Source: Anaeramoeba ignava BMAN (lineage: Eukaryota; Protista; Anaeramoebae). Taken from it: a stretch of 64,000 bases of DNA. A program made the translations under genes and the position numbers. Position 1 is the first letter of the stretch, and each line of letters begins with the position of its first letter. Positions 23,829 through 36,252 of this stretch are shown here, in pieces. The DNA lies in assembly GCA_028826165.1 (NCBI GenBank), contig JAPDFW010000092.1, positions 558,001 to 622,000 of the forward strand, in the 5' to 3' direction. The notes below the pieces were generated by a model. The model made no database searches, was not told the origin of the DNA, and saw nothing but the letters and a program-made list of their open reading frames with translations.

Positions 23829-25223
23829 TTAAATGAAATAAGTTTCAAGTTCATCAACAATCCATAAATCATAAGAACCAGCTAAATAACTTTTAGATTC
23901 ATTTGTTCTTTCTTTAATTCCATTAGGTAGATTATAAGTAGTTCCAAAATCTGACCAACCAGGTTGTAAATTAGATTCCAAATAAAAATCTGGACCTCCT
24001 ATTCCAGATAAACCTCCTCCAAAATATGGACCAAATTTGGAAAAATTAGATACAACAGAAACTCTTTTTTTTCCTTTTTTAATTAGGAATTTCTCTGGTT
24101 TTCTATCTCCTTTAGCATTTCTTAATGAGAAAATAAATGCGTTTGGATCTTCAACTCCATATAAATTTTTATTAAATCCAATTTGAGTAAATCCTCCAAA
24201 AATAAAATTATCTTTTGTTTTGATAATAACTAATGTTTTTCCTTTATTATCAACTGCTTCATGCCATTTTTTAGAAGAAAATCCATTTATTTTTGCTGAA
24301 TATCCTAATTTCATTTTGGAAAAGAATTCATTATCATTTATCCATTCTTTTAATTTATTGAAATATTCTTTTTCTTTAATAATTTTTGATTTAAATCTTG
24401 ATTTGAAAATTAATGATTTTTCTTTTTCTTTTTCAATAAATTGATTTAATTCTTTTTCATTTTTAATATTTTGGAATTGAATTAATTTTTGTGAAATTTG
24501 ATTTGGAATTAATTTTTGTTTCAAAGTATCTTCAATTTCTTGTTTTGAAAAATCAATAAATCTGATTTTATCAATAATATTTGGAATTTGATTAATATTT
24601 GATTTATGTTTTCCCCATTTTATTATTGATTGGAATAGTTCAAATTCATTTATTAAAATAAAATCATTTAATAAAATTGAATTTAAATGATTTTCTTCAA
24701 GTTCAAGAAAAAATGAAGTTTTAATAAATTTATCAAAATTTTCAGAAATAAATTTATAAGAAGAATCTAATAATTGATTTAAGTTCATTCTTTCAGATAA
24801 TTTAAGAATATCAACAATAGTTTCAAATTGTAAATTATTTTTGATAAAATTTAAAGAAATTTCAATTAATTCATCAATTAAATATTTTGATGAAAAAATT
24901 AAAATTTCAATAACATTTTCTAAATTAATTTCAATTTTTCCTGAATAAAAATAATTCAAAATTGAAGATAGAATTGAACTTGAAACATCTTTTAAAATTA
25001 ATTTATTTTCTTGATATTCTTTCATTTTAGAATTAAAAAGAGATTTAAAATATTCACTTCTTGAAGAAAGAATTGATTTATGAGTTTTAAATGAAGTTTT
25101 ATTTTGTTCACAAATTATTTCAAAATCAAAATAACTTTCATATTGATTTTGATTTTGATTTTGATTTTGAAATAAATTTTTTAAATCATTTGAAAGTTTT
25201 TCTAAATTTAAATAAGTTTCCAT
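23829..25223 (-). CDS. BTB/POZ-(BACK)-TLDc domain protein
   Basis: BTB: DFEI..FKTHKSILSSRSEYFKSLFNSKMKE. TLDc: GFS..WHEAVDNKGKTLVIIKT..IFGGFT..AFIFSL..GPYFG..ELETY. Confidence 0.9.
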   Translation of the reverse strand: METYLNLEKLSNDLKNLFQNQNQNQNQYESYFDFEIICEQNKTSFKTHKSILSSRSEYFKSLFNSKMKEYQENKLILKDVSSSILSSILNYFYSGKIEINLENVIEILIFSSKYLIDELIEISLNFIKNNLQFETIVDILKLSERMNLNQLLDSSYKFISENFDKFIKTSFFLELEENHLNSILLNDFILINEFELFQSIIKWGKHKSNINQIPNIIDKIRFIDFSKQEIEDTLKQKLIPNQISQKLIQFQNIKNEKELNQFIEKEKEKSLIFKSRFKSKIIKEKEYFNKLKEWINDNEFFSKMKLGYSAKINGFSSKKWHEAVDNKGKTLVIIKTKDNFIFGGFTQIGFNKNLYGVEDPNAFIFSLRNAKGDRKPEKFLIKKGKKRVSVVSNFSKFGPYFGGGLSGIGGPDFYLESNLQPGWSDFGTTYNLPNGIKERTNESKSYLAGSYDLWIVDELETYFI

Positions 25224-25429
25224 TTTAAATAAAAAATTTAAAAATAAAAAAAATGAAAAAAAATAAAAAATGAAAATTATTTTAATTTAATATTTAATTT
25301 GGAATTAATTCTATTTTATATATTTTATTAATATTTCTTTATTCAAAATAATATAAAATAATTCTCAATAATTCAATAAAATTGATAAAATATTTTAAAT
25401 AAAAATATAAATTGAATTTTAATCTTTTT

Positions 25430-27530
25430 TAATAATATAGTTTAATTAATTTGTTATTAAATATAATTTATAAATAATTCTTTAATTTATTTTAAATTAA
25501 TATAAATCTAGAAATTAATATAAATTTGTTTAAAAATTTTAATATTTTTAATTAAAATCTATAATTATATTAATTAATAATATTTAATTATTTTATTATT
25601 AAATATAATTTATAAATAACTCCTTAATTTATTTTAAATTAATATAAATCTAAAAATTAATATAAATTTATTTAAAAATTTTAATATTTTTTTAATTAAA
25701 ATTTATAATTATATTAATTAATATAATTTAATTATTTTGTTATTAAATATAATTTATAATTAATTCTTTAATTTATTTTAAATTAATATAAATCTAGAAA
25801 TTAATATAAATTTATTTAAAAATTTTAATAATTTTTAATTAAAATTTGTAATTACATTAATTAATATAATTTAATTAATTTGTTATTAAATATAATTTAT
25901 AAATAATTCTTTAATTTATTTTAAATTAATATAAATATAGAAATTAATATAAATTTGTTTAAAAATTTTAATATTTTTTTAATTAAAATCTATAATTATA
26001 TTAATTAATATAATTTAATTAATTTGTTATTAAATATAATTTAAAATTAATTCTTTAATTTATTTTAAATTAATATAAATCTAGAAATTAATATAAATTT
26101 ATTTGAAAAATTTTAATATTTTTTTAATTAAAATTTATAATTATATTAAATAATATATTTTAATTAATTTGTTATTAAATATAATTTATAATTAATTCTT
26201 TAATTTATTTTAAATTAATATAAATCTAGAAATTAATATAAATTTATTTGAAAATTTTAATATTTTTTTAATTAAAATTTATAATTATATTAATTAATAT
26301 AATTTAATTAATTTGTTATTAAATATAATTTATAAATAATTCTTTAATTTATTTTAAATTAATATAAATTTAAAAATTAATATAAATTTGTTTCAAAATT
26401 TTTAATATTTTTTTAATTAAAATTTGTAATTATATTAATTAATATAATTTAATTAATTTGTTATTAAATATAATTTATAATTAATTCTTTAATTTATTTT
26501 AAATTAATATAAATTTAAAAATTAATATAAATTTGTTTAAAAATTTTAATATTTTTAATTAAAATTTATAATTACATTAATTTCTAAATTTTAATTAATT
26601 TGTTATTAAATATAATTTATAATTAATTCCTTAATTTATTTTAAATTAATATAAATCTAGAAATTAAAATAAATTTGTTTTAAAAATTTTAATATTTTTT
26701 TAATTAAAATCTATAATTACATTAATTAATAATATTTAATTAATTTGTTATTAAATATAATTTATAAATAATTCCTTAATTTATTTTAAATTAATATAAA
26801 TCAAATTAAAATAAAAATTTTGAAAATTTTAATATTTTTTTAATTAAAATTTGTAATTACATTAATTAATATAATTTAATTATTTTGTTATTAAATATAA
26901 TTTAAAATTAATTCCTTAATTTATTTTAAATTAATATAAATCTAAAAATTAAAATAAATTTGTTTAAAAATTTTAATATTTTTAATTAAAATTTATAATT
27001 ACATTAATTAATAATATTTAATTATTTTGTTATTAAATATAATTTATAAATAACTCCTTAATTTATTTTAAATTAATATAAATTTAGAAATTAATATAAA
27101 TTTATTTAAAAATTTTAATATTTTTTTAATTAAAATTTATAATTATATTAATTAATATAATTTAATTAATTTGTTATTAAATATAATTTATAATTAATTC
27201 TTTTAATTTATTTTAAATTAATATAAATTTAGAAATTAATATAAATTTGTTTCAAAATTTTTAATATTTTTTTAATTAAAATTTATAATTACATTAATTT
27301 CTAAATTTTAATTAATTTGTTATTAAATATAATTTAAAATTAATTCTTTAATTTATTTTAAATTAATATAAATTTAAAATTAATATAAATTTATTTAAAA
27401 ATTTTAATATTTTTTTAATTAAAATTTATAATTACATTAATTAACAAAATTTAAATAATTTGTTATTAAATATAATTTATAAATAATTCTTTAATTTATT
27501 TTAAATTAATATAAATCAAATTAAAATAAA
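25430..27530. repeat. AT-rich satellite A, ~144-bp unit, ~14-15 copies, directly upstream of Nup210
   Basis: ctagaaattaatataaattt-type anchor recurs at 25508, 25650, 25794, 26081, 26226 and onward; no unique spacers. Confidence 0.92.
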
Positions 27531-27577
27531 AAAATTTTTGAAAATTTTAGAAATCATTTTTTTTTTCCTCAAAATAA

Positions 27578-30500
27578 ATGACAGAAAAAAAAATAATCTT
27601 ATTGATTGTTGTTCTTTTTTTGATAGAAAATTTATATGAAACAAAAACAGAAACGGAAACAACACAAATAGGAATTTCAGAAATCAATTTACTTTTACCA
27701 TTTCATCCAAAAATTCCAATTTCTTACAAAATTCATGCACAAAATGGATGTTTCAAATGGTCAAGGTATAAAAAGAACCAAAACAACAAAAATAAAAAAG
27801 ATCCAAAAATATCGTTTATTCTCATCTCTTTCTTTTTTTTTTCTTTTATTACTTCAACTTCAAATTGTCTTAGTTCAAGACCTTCAGTTGTTAATGTTGA
27901 AACTTTATTTGAAAATTCTTTAGATTGCTCACAAAGTGCCATTATCACAGCAACTTCTAAATCATCAGACCGCACATCCGCTATGATATATGCAGAGGAG
28001 AAAGGTAGCTCATTATTTTTTTCTTGCTTTTAATGATTTGAAAATTTAATCAAAAAGAAATGGAAACAAAATTTTTATTTTGATTTTTAATTGATTTTTA
28101 ATTGATTTTTTCTTGATTTTTTTTTCTTAGTTTCTGGACAAGTTTTGAGATGTGAAGTTTTCGTTGATAAAATTACAAAGATTGAGATCTTAACTCGTTC
28201 AAGAACAATTTATGTGGATTCTTCTATTGAACTATTAGAAGTTCAAGGATATGATTCTGAAGGTAAAAAATTTTAATTTAAAAAAAAAAAAGAAGAAAAA
28301 AAAAATTTTTAAAAAGAAATTAAAAATTTAAAAAAAAATAAAAAGGGAATGTTTTTTCAAGTTTAAGTGGAATTTCATTTGATTGGGAAATTAATTCTAA
28401 AGGAAAGAATATCCTTTCTAAAATTAGTGTTGAAAAAGCTTTTTTAATGAAACCATTTGTTAAAGAATATGAAGAAACAAAAGTAAAAGAAAGAAATTAA
28501 AAAAATTGAAAAAAACAAAAAGAAAAAAATAAACAAAAAATTTTTACTTTTTTGGATGTCAATGATAAAAGGAATGGTTAGAAGACAAGGGGTCTGAAAA
28601 TACAAATATATTACTTGTTCAGGGAATCAGTACAGGAAAAGCAGATGTGACAGCCTCAATCAAAGATGATATTTATCGGGATATTGAGAAGTCAACAGTA
28701 ACAATATCTGTGATGGAACCAATTCAAATACAACCTTTTCAGAACGTTTATCTTATTCCAAAGCAGCAATTCCAATACAATTTAATTCTATCAAAACGCG
28801 AGAAGCAAGAATTAATTAAGATGCCAAATACCAATTATAAATGGAGAACAACAAATCCTGAGATTGCAACAATTGATCAAAGGGGAATGCTAACAGCAAA
28901 AAGTTATGGATCAACAGAAATTCTAGTTACAGATCAGAATATTGCTGAAAATGAAGCAAGAGCAACAGTCTATGTTGTTAAGCCAGAAAAAATAAAGCTG
29001 GCAATACATGATGTTCCTCAAGAAATGTCTACTAATTCTTTGGAAGAAAAGATGAAATATCTCTCTATTCCAAATTTTCAATCAAGTTATTGGGAAAATA
29101 GTTACTGGGCTTTATTTATTAATAACGAGCATATTTTAGAGATTGAATTGATTGATAAAGATTTGCATAAAATATGGATCAATAAAGTATTTATTACAAT
29201 TATTAAAATTCATTTTAAAATTTAAAATTCATTTTAAAATTAAAATTCATTTTAAAATTTAAAATTCATTTTGAAATTAAAATTGAAATTAAAATTCATT
29301 TTAAAATTAAAATTAAAATTAAAATTAAAATTAAAATTAAAATTAAAATTCATTTTAAAATTCAAATTAAAATTAAAAAATTAAAATTAAAATTAAAATT
29401 CATTTTAAAATTCATTTTGAAAATTCATTTTGAAAATCCATTTTGAAAATTCATTTTAAAATTAAAATTAAAATTATAATTAGAACACTGGAAGTTTTAG
29501 TATAAAATTTAGCGATCCAAAAATACTCACAATTGTGGAGGAATCAAAAAAACACGAAACAGTTAATTTTAAAACAAAAAATTACGGAGAAACAACTGCA
29601 ACAGCAATATTTAAATCGGGTGATATTAATTTGTCTACAGAAGAAAAAATCACAGTAACAAAACAAATATCAGTCAATCCATCACCTGTTTTAAGACTTG
29701 CCTTTTGGGAAAATCTTGCTATTCCTCACACTTATAAACTTGATGTCAGCGGAGGAAGTGGATCTTTTGTGTTTAAAACAGATATGAGTCAAATTGCAAG
29801 TGTAAATGCAATAGGAATGGTTTCTGGAATAAAACCAGGAGAAAGCAAATTGAAAGTTTCAGATCAAAAAAACCCTAAAAATTATGAAATTATTACCGTA
29901 AATTTATTTAGATTATATTTTTTGGCAATTTTTTTAAACAAATATTCATTTCTTTCCTTTTGTTTTCTTTTTATTATTAATAGGTTGTTGTTGAAAAACC
30001 ATCAAGTATCCAAATTGTTGCTCCTTTTAATGAAATTGAAGTTGGAAAACTTCTTGAGCTTGAAATTCAGGCTTATGACTCAAAACACAATAAATTCCAT
30101 AATTCATCACTTCTTCCTATTCAATGGAAAATGAGCAATATGGAAAATTTTGAATTAAAAAAGCATAAGCAAATGGAACAAATCTTGACAAAACAAGGAG
30201 TATTAGCACATCATGAAGGATTTTCAACAATCACAGCATCATTACTCGGGAATGGATTTGAGGAGCAGATTAATGCACATATTCAAATTGCAGGATTTTT
30301 TCCGCTTGAAGTGAAACATTTTCCAAACAAATATTGCGAAAGTAAAAATCTTGCATTGACAACATTAGGATGCTCGGCAACAGTTCTTATTACAGGAGGA
30401 CCTTTGCCATGGGGAGACTCACCAGAATTTATCCAGGAAATTTTACCGCAAATACCTGATAGTGTGATGGTGTCTAATTCCGAGCGTGTGGGCGTTACTC

Positions 30501-33500
30501 AACAGAAAATACCAAATCAATCAAGTCGCAAACAATTGATTTCAATTTCATGTATTGATTATTCAAAACAACAAATTGCGGTGAAAGTGAGAAACACTCC
30601 TTCCAAAACAAATCCAAATCCTATAACTGCAGAAATTGATTTTGCATACGAATGTAATCCACCTGAAAAGATATTTGTTTTCCCAATGCAAATTGAGGAT
30701 GAATTGAAATCACAAAATTATCTGATAAAAGATCCAGAAAATCAAGCGCATAAATGTCCGTATGATCTACAAAACTTTCCCAAACACAACAAAATCAATC
30801 TGCAAACTAATATCCCGAAACAATACCAGATGAGAAACGAACAGAAAGTGAAAATTGTTGCTTTATTTGCAGATTCACAAGGAAGAATATTCGAGGAATT
30901 TGATTCGTTGATGGTTTCTTTTGTTTCTGAAAATCCACTCGCAAATTTTGAAAATCTGAAAGAGAAGAAAAATAAGGCAGAACTTGATATGGAGGAGTAT
31001 GAGACAAGATATGCGAAGGAGGATGTAATCACATTGGGAAAGGAAATTGGAACTGCGAAGATAAATGTGAAAACAACAGGATTTGGCGGGGAAAACAAGG
31101 CGTTAATAAAGAACACAAAGGAATGGACAAGCAAACTTTCATTGGAAGATAATATGAGAATTATTTTAGTTAGTAAAATACAATTATTCCCTAAGAAAAT
31201 TGTGCTTTTCAATAATGAAACAAGCACAGGAATTCTCGATGTTGTTCCAAAAACAACAACTTATGACATCACAAGCAACGATAGCTCAATTGCTCATTTG
31301 AAACAGATTTCTAACAAAGGCTCTGTCGAGGTAATCCCAAAATCTCGTGGAGTTGCAAGAGTGTTTATCAACGATTATTGCTTGCAAGGCTCTGTCCCTG
31401 CATATGCAGATGTGGTTGTTTCTGAAATCTCCAAAATTGCTCTTTTTTCTCAATCAAAATTACAACTGGGAGACAAAATGAAAGTGCGTGTTGAGATCTA
31501 CGATGATCTCGGAAACAAATTTCCAGTGAAACAAATGAAATTTATTAATTTGATCGCAATTTTCGACAGAGATGTTCTTTCAAGCATGAATGAAATTTCT
31601 GAACAGGTTTCAAAAGCGATCGAAAAAGATGGAGATGCAACAAGTTTCGATCTAGAATTCAAAGGAATTTCACTTGGACTTGGAAAGATCCATTTGCAAG
31701 CAAAACTGCGAAACGGAGATCTCACAGAAAGCAACACAAGAAAAGTAGTAATTTTCCCGCCTTTAATGCTCAATCCAAGGTTTCTTCTACTTCTTCCTGA
31801 TTCAGAGCACCAATTAACAAAAACAGGAGGACCTCAACTTTATTCAGAAATTCGTTTCCGTTCTGAAGATCCAAATATAGCATCAGTTGACAAGCACGGA
31901 ATTGTGAAGGGAATCAAAGAGGGGAAAACAAAAATCACTGCGGAAATTCTCGAGAATCCAAACGAAATATCAGAGTCTGAAATCGTACTTTCCAGAGACC
32001 AAATTGATGTGAGTGTGCAAATTCTCAAGGGAATAAGAATCCAAGCAGAATCATCTCTTTTATTGACAGGAAACGAGCGCACTTATCATGTCTCAGGAAT
32101 TACAAATGAAAATGTGTTCTCGTTTTCCTCACTCAAACATCTCGGTGATTATTTGCGTTTTGATTGGGAAGTATCCAACAAAGATGTTCTCGAGATATCG
32201 GCATTATGCGGACAAGATTCAGGGTTTTCTGTGCTTGCAAAAGGAAAAAATACTGGCACATCAATACTTCGTGTCACAGCAAAATCCAAAACAAACAAAA
32301 AATCAAATGAATTGAGCGATGAAACAACAATCAACGTTATCGACAGATTGACACTTCTTTCTCCACAGGTTGTGTATCTCCCACCACGCTCTGGAGCAAA
32401 AATAGAAACAAACTGGGATCTTCGCGAGCCTCTTCAATATCGAGTTATGAAAACAAGTTCTGGAGAAAAAGAAAATCAGGAATCAAAAGATGACTTGATC
32501 AGCGTTGATTTATCAGGAAAGGTTTATTCCAAAGATCGCTACGGAATAGGGTATGTTGTTGTTGAACCGAAACAATCCGACATACCAACAAGACGAGCTG
32601 CACCAGAAAAACTTGATTCTTTGGCTGTTCAAATCGTCGTCAAACCAGTCTCTTCACTTTCTTTGATCCCTATTGACGCATGCTACTCTGTTCTTCCTCT
32701 TGGTGCATCGCTCACATATAAAGCAATCCTTAAAGACTCTCTTGGAAACTCCTTCACTTCCTCAGATGGAATCAAATTTAATTACGAAGGAACCAATCCA
32801 ACCTCCATTTCGGTTCAACATTTCCCAGGAAATTCAACTTTTCTTGTCAAAGCGCTTAACGATGGATCAAGTGTTCTTAAAGTGTGGTTGCGAGGTCAAC
32901 CCGAGATATCTGATTTTGTTAAAATACAGGCTGGCGGAACAATATTTCCACACAACCCAAATGTTCATATTGGAGCACAAATCAAATTTCATTCTCCAGA
33001 CTCTTTTTCTTCTTTAGAAATCAAAAGTGGATCAGAAAATTACGATCCAAAAAACTTTGCAAAATGGATAAGTAGCGATCCAAAAATTGTAGAAATTGAT
33101 GAGAAAACAGGAATAGCAACTGCAAAAAACTCAGGAAAAGCAAGTATTTTTTACACAACACAAAAAATCCGAGCATCAACAGAAATTGTGGTTGCAAAAG
33201 CAGACTCAATCACCGTAAACACGGACTCATTAGGAGTATCATCGATTCTTGGCGAACCAAATACAATTCTTATTGGAAGCACTCAAAAGGAATACAAAAT
33301 ACCACTTATTTTCACTCATGAAAACGCACCATTCTCTCCTTCTTCGTCTTTTCTTCAGCACAACTTCAGACACACTTGTGAGATTGGAAATCCGCAATAC
33401 GGAACAGCTCAAGCAATGAACGACCCGCATAATTCTCAGGCTTATTGTCTTCTGACTATCTTTTCATCTCATAAAATTGCAGAAAAAATCAAGACAAACC

Positions 33501-34282
33501 CAAATCCTGAGCTTTCAAGACAAACCAATCTCAAACTACTTATCACCGTTTCGGATTCTGATCAATCATATGCTCTCAAACATTTTCATACAATAAACCT
33601 CAATTTGGGGATCATGCTTTTCTACAATCCCAACGATCTGCATTTCTCAAAAAATCATCGATCCGCAACAGTCATTGTTTATTCAGATGCGGATCATCTT
33701 GATTTCTCATCTGAAGATCCATCCCAAATCCGAATATACAAAGTGCGATTCGATGAGAAAGAATACGAGGGTGTTTTATTAGCGAACGAAGGCGGCGAAT
33801 CTATATTTCCGCAAGTTTTCCACATACAACTAACTGATGAACCAAAATTCTTCACTCAATCCAAAGTGATTTTTAAAGACACAAAAACAAATCAAGTTGA
33901 AATTTTGACATTTTCATTTTTATCCGATTCAAATTACATTCCAAACAATTATGATCAACCAAGACAACTGCCGCCATCACAAGCAGAACGACAACAATCC
34001 AAATCTCTGTTCGTTCTTGTTTCTTCGCTTCTTTTGGCTGTTATTGTTGTTGGTGTTTATCTTTTCCGTTCTTATCAACAAAATTTGGAAATTGAACGTA
34101 TAAGAAGATTTCGTCAATTTTCCCCAATTTCTCCAAGAAGAAGTCCCCCTAATTTGTTGCGTAATAAACATATCCCTCCTATTCAAACAGGTCAAAATTA
34201 TCAATCTGCAAGAAATAAAATTGTTCCTGCTCAAATTACTTCTGGTATTGTTCGTCGTCATTCAAAAACTGGAAATTTTTAA
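27578..34282 (+). CDS. NUP210: Nuclear pore membrane glycoprotein gp210/Nup210, multi-exon
   Basis: Signal peptide; NLLLP..GCFKW; GQVLRCEVFVDKI..IEILT; EVQGYDSEGNVFSSL.G; repeated Ig-like units (S.DP.IA.VD..G.V.G); single TM helix (LFVLVSSLLLAVIVVGVYLF) and a short S/P tail. Confidence 0.9.
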
Positions 34283-34405
34283 TTCAAAATTAATAACAAT
34301 TTTTTTTTTTTTTGATTTTTTTAAAACAGAATCTTTTTTTGGAATTGAATAAAAATCAAAAATTTAGAAAGCAAATTAAAAAAAAATTCATTTTTCATTT
34401 TTTCA

Positions 34406-34700
34406 TTTTTTATTTAAAATGTTTTATTAAATTTATTGAATTATTGAGAATTATTTTATATTATTTTGAATAAAGAAATATTAATAAAATATATAAAATA
34501 GAATTGATTCTAAATTAAATATTAAATTAAAATAATTTTCATTTTTTAAATAAATTAATTAAAATATTTTATCAAATTTATTGAATTATTGAGAATTATT
34601 TTATATTATTTTTAATAAATAAATATTAATAAAATATATAAAATAGAATTGATTCCAAATTAAATATTAAATTAAAATAATTTTCATTTTTTATTTTTTT
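34406..34700 (+). repeat. Tandem repeat C, two ~145-bp copies upstream of BTB-TLDc
   Basis: gagaattattttatattatt at 34446 and 34591; a single inverted copy lies at ~25260-25405. Confidence 0.8.
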
Positions 34701-34735
34701 TCATTTTTTTCATTTTTAAATTTTTTATTTCAAAA

Positions 34736-36168
34736 ATGGAAACTTATTTAAATTTAGAAAAACTTTCAAATGATTTAAAAAATTTATTTCAAAATCAAAA
34801 TCAAAATGAAAATCAATATGAAAGTTATTTTGATTTTGAAATAATTTGTGAACAAAATAAAACTTCATTTAAAACTCATAAATCAATTCTTTCTTCAAGA
34901 AGTGAATATTTTAAATCTCTTTTTAATTCTAAAATGAAAGAATATCAAGAAAATAAATTAATTTTAAAAGATGTTTCAAATTCAATTCTATTTTCAATTT
35001 TGAATTATTTTTATTCAGGAAAAATTGAAATTAATTTAGAAAATGTTATTGAAATTTTAATTTTTTCATCAAAATATTTAATTGATGAATTAATTGAAAT
35101 TTGTTCAAATTTTATCAAAAATAATTTACAAATTGAAACTATTGTTGATATTCTTAAATTATCTGAAAGAATGAACTTAAATCAATTATTAGATTCTTCT
35201 TATAAATTTATTTTTGAAAATTTACATAAATTTATTAAAACTTCATTTTTTCTTGAACTTGAAGAAAATCATTTAAATTCAATTTTATTAAATGATTTTA
35301 TTTTAATAAATGAATTTGAACTATTTCAATCAATAATAAAATGGGGAAAAATAAATCAAATATTAATCAAATTCCAAATATTATTGATAAAATAAGATTT
35401 ATTGATTTTTCAAAACAAGAAATTGAAGATATTTTGAAACAAAAATTAATTCCAAATCAAATTTCACAAAAATTAATTCAATTCCAAAATATTAAAAATG
35501 AAAAAGAATTAAATCAATTTATTGAAAAAGAAAAAGAAAAATCATTAATTTTCAAATCAAGAAAAAGATTTAAATCAAAAATTATTAAAGAAATTGAAGA
35601 TTTCAATAAATTAAAAGAATGGATAAATGATAATGAATTCTTTTCCAAAATGAAATTAGGATATTCAGCAAAAATAAATGGATTTTCTTCTACAAAAATG
35701 GCATGAAAAATGTGATAATAAAGGAAAAACATTAGTTATTATCAAAACAAAAGATAATTTTATTTTTGGAGGATTTACTCAAATTGGATTTACAACTGAA
35801 AAATCAAAATGGAATGAAGAAGATCGAGAAGATGATTATGGATTTATTATTGATTCAAATGCATTTATTTTCTCATTAAGAAATGCTAAGAATGATAGAA
35901 AACCAGAAAATTCCTAATTAAAAAAGATCATAAAGAAAATGCAATTTATTATGATTTAAAAAGAGGTCCGTGTTTTGGAGGTGATTTATATGGAATAGGA
36001 ATTCCAGATTTTTATTTGAATTCTAAATTACAAGCTGAAGGTTCAAATTTAGGATATAGTTATAATCTTCCTAATGGGATTATTTATAAAACAAATGAAG
36101 CTAAAAGTTATTTAGCTGGTTCTAAGAATAAATGGATTGTTGATGAATTTGAAACTTATTTCATTTAA
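34736..36168 (+). pseudogene. BTB-TLDc paralogue with ~3 frameshifts (pseudogene or assembly indels)
   Basis: N-terminus almost identical to 25223(-). Frame breaks near 35350, 35697 and 35910, all at A-runs. Ends DEFETYFI* at 36168. Confidence 0.75.
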
Positions 36169-36252
36169 AACAATTTAAAAAATAAAAAATATTTTTTTAT
36201 TTCACTTTTTTATTTTTCATTTTTTTTCTTTTCTTTTTTTTTAAAAAACAAA

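Larger units (their letters stand above)
16772..25405 (+). repeat. Left arm of a large diverged inverted duplication
   Basis: Repeat B, 17200-17453, ARM/Rab exons and introns, the BTB-TLDc gene and its upstream region all match the reverse complement of 34406-47455. Confidence 0.9.

Noticed and set aside
25430-27530. CRISPR-like array
   Set aside because: Whole units repeat with no unique spacers, no cas genes are present, and the context is eukaryotic.
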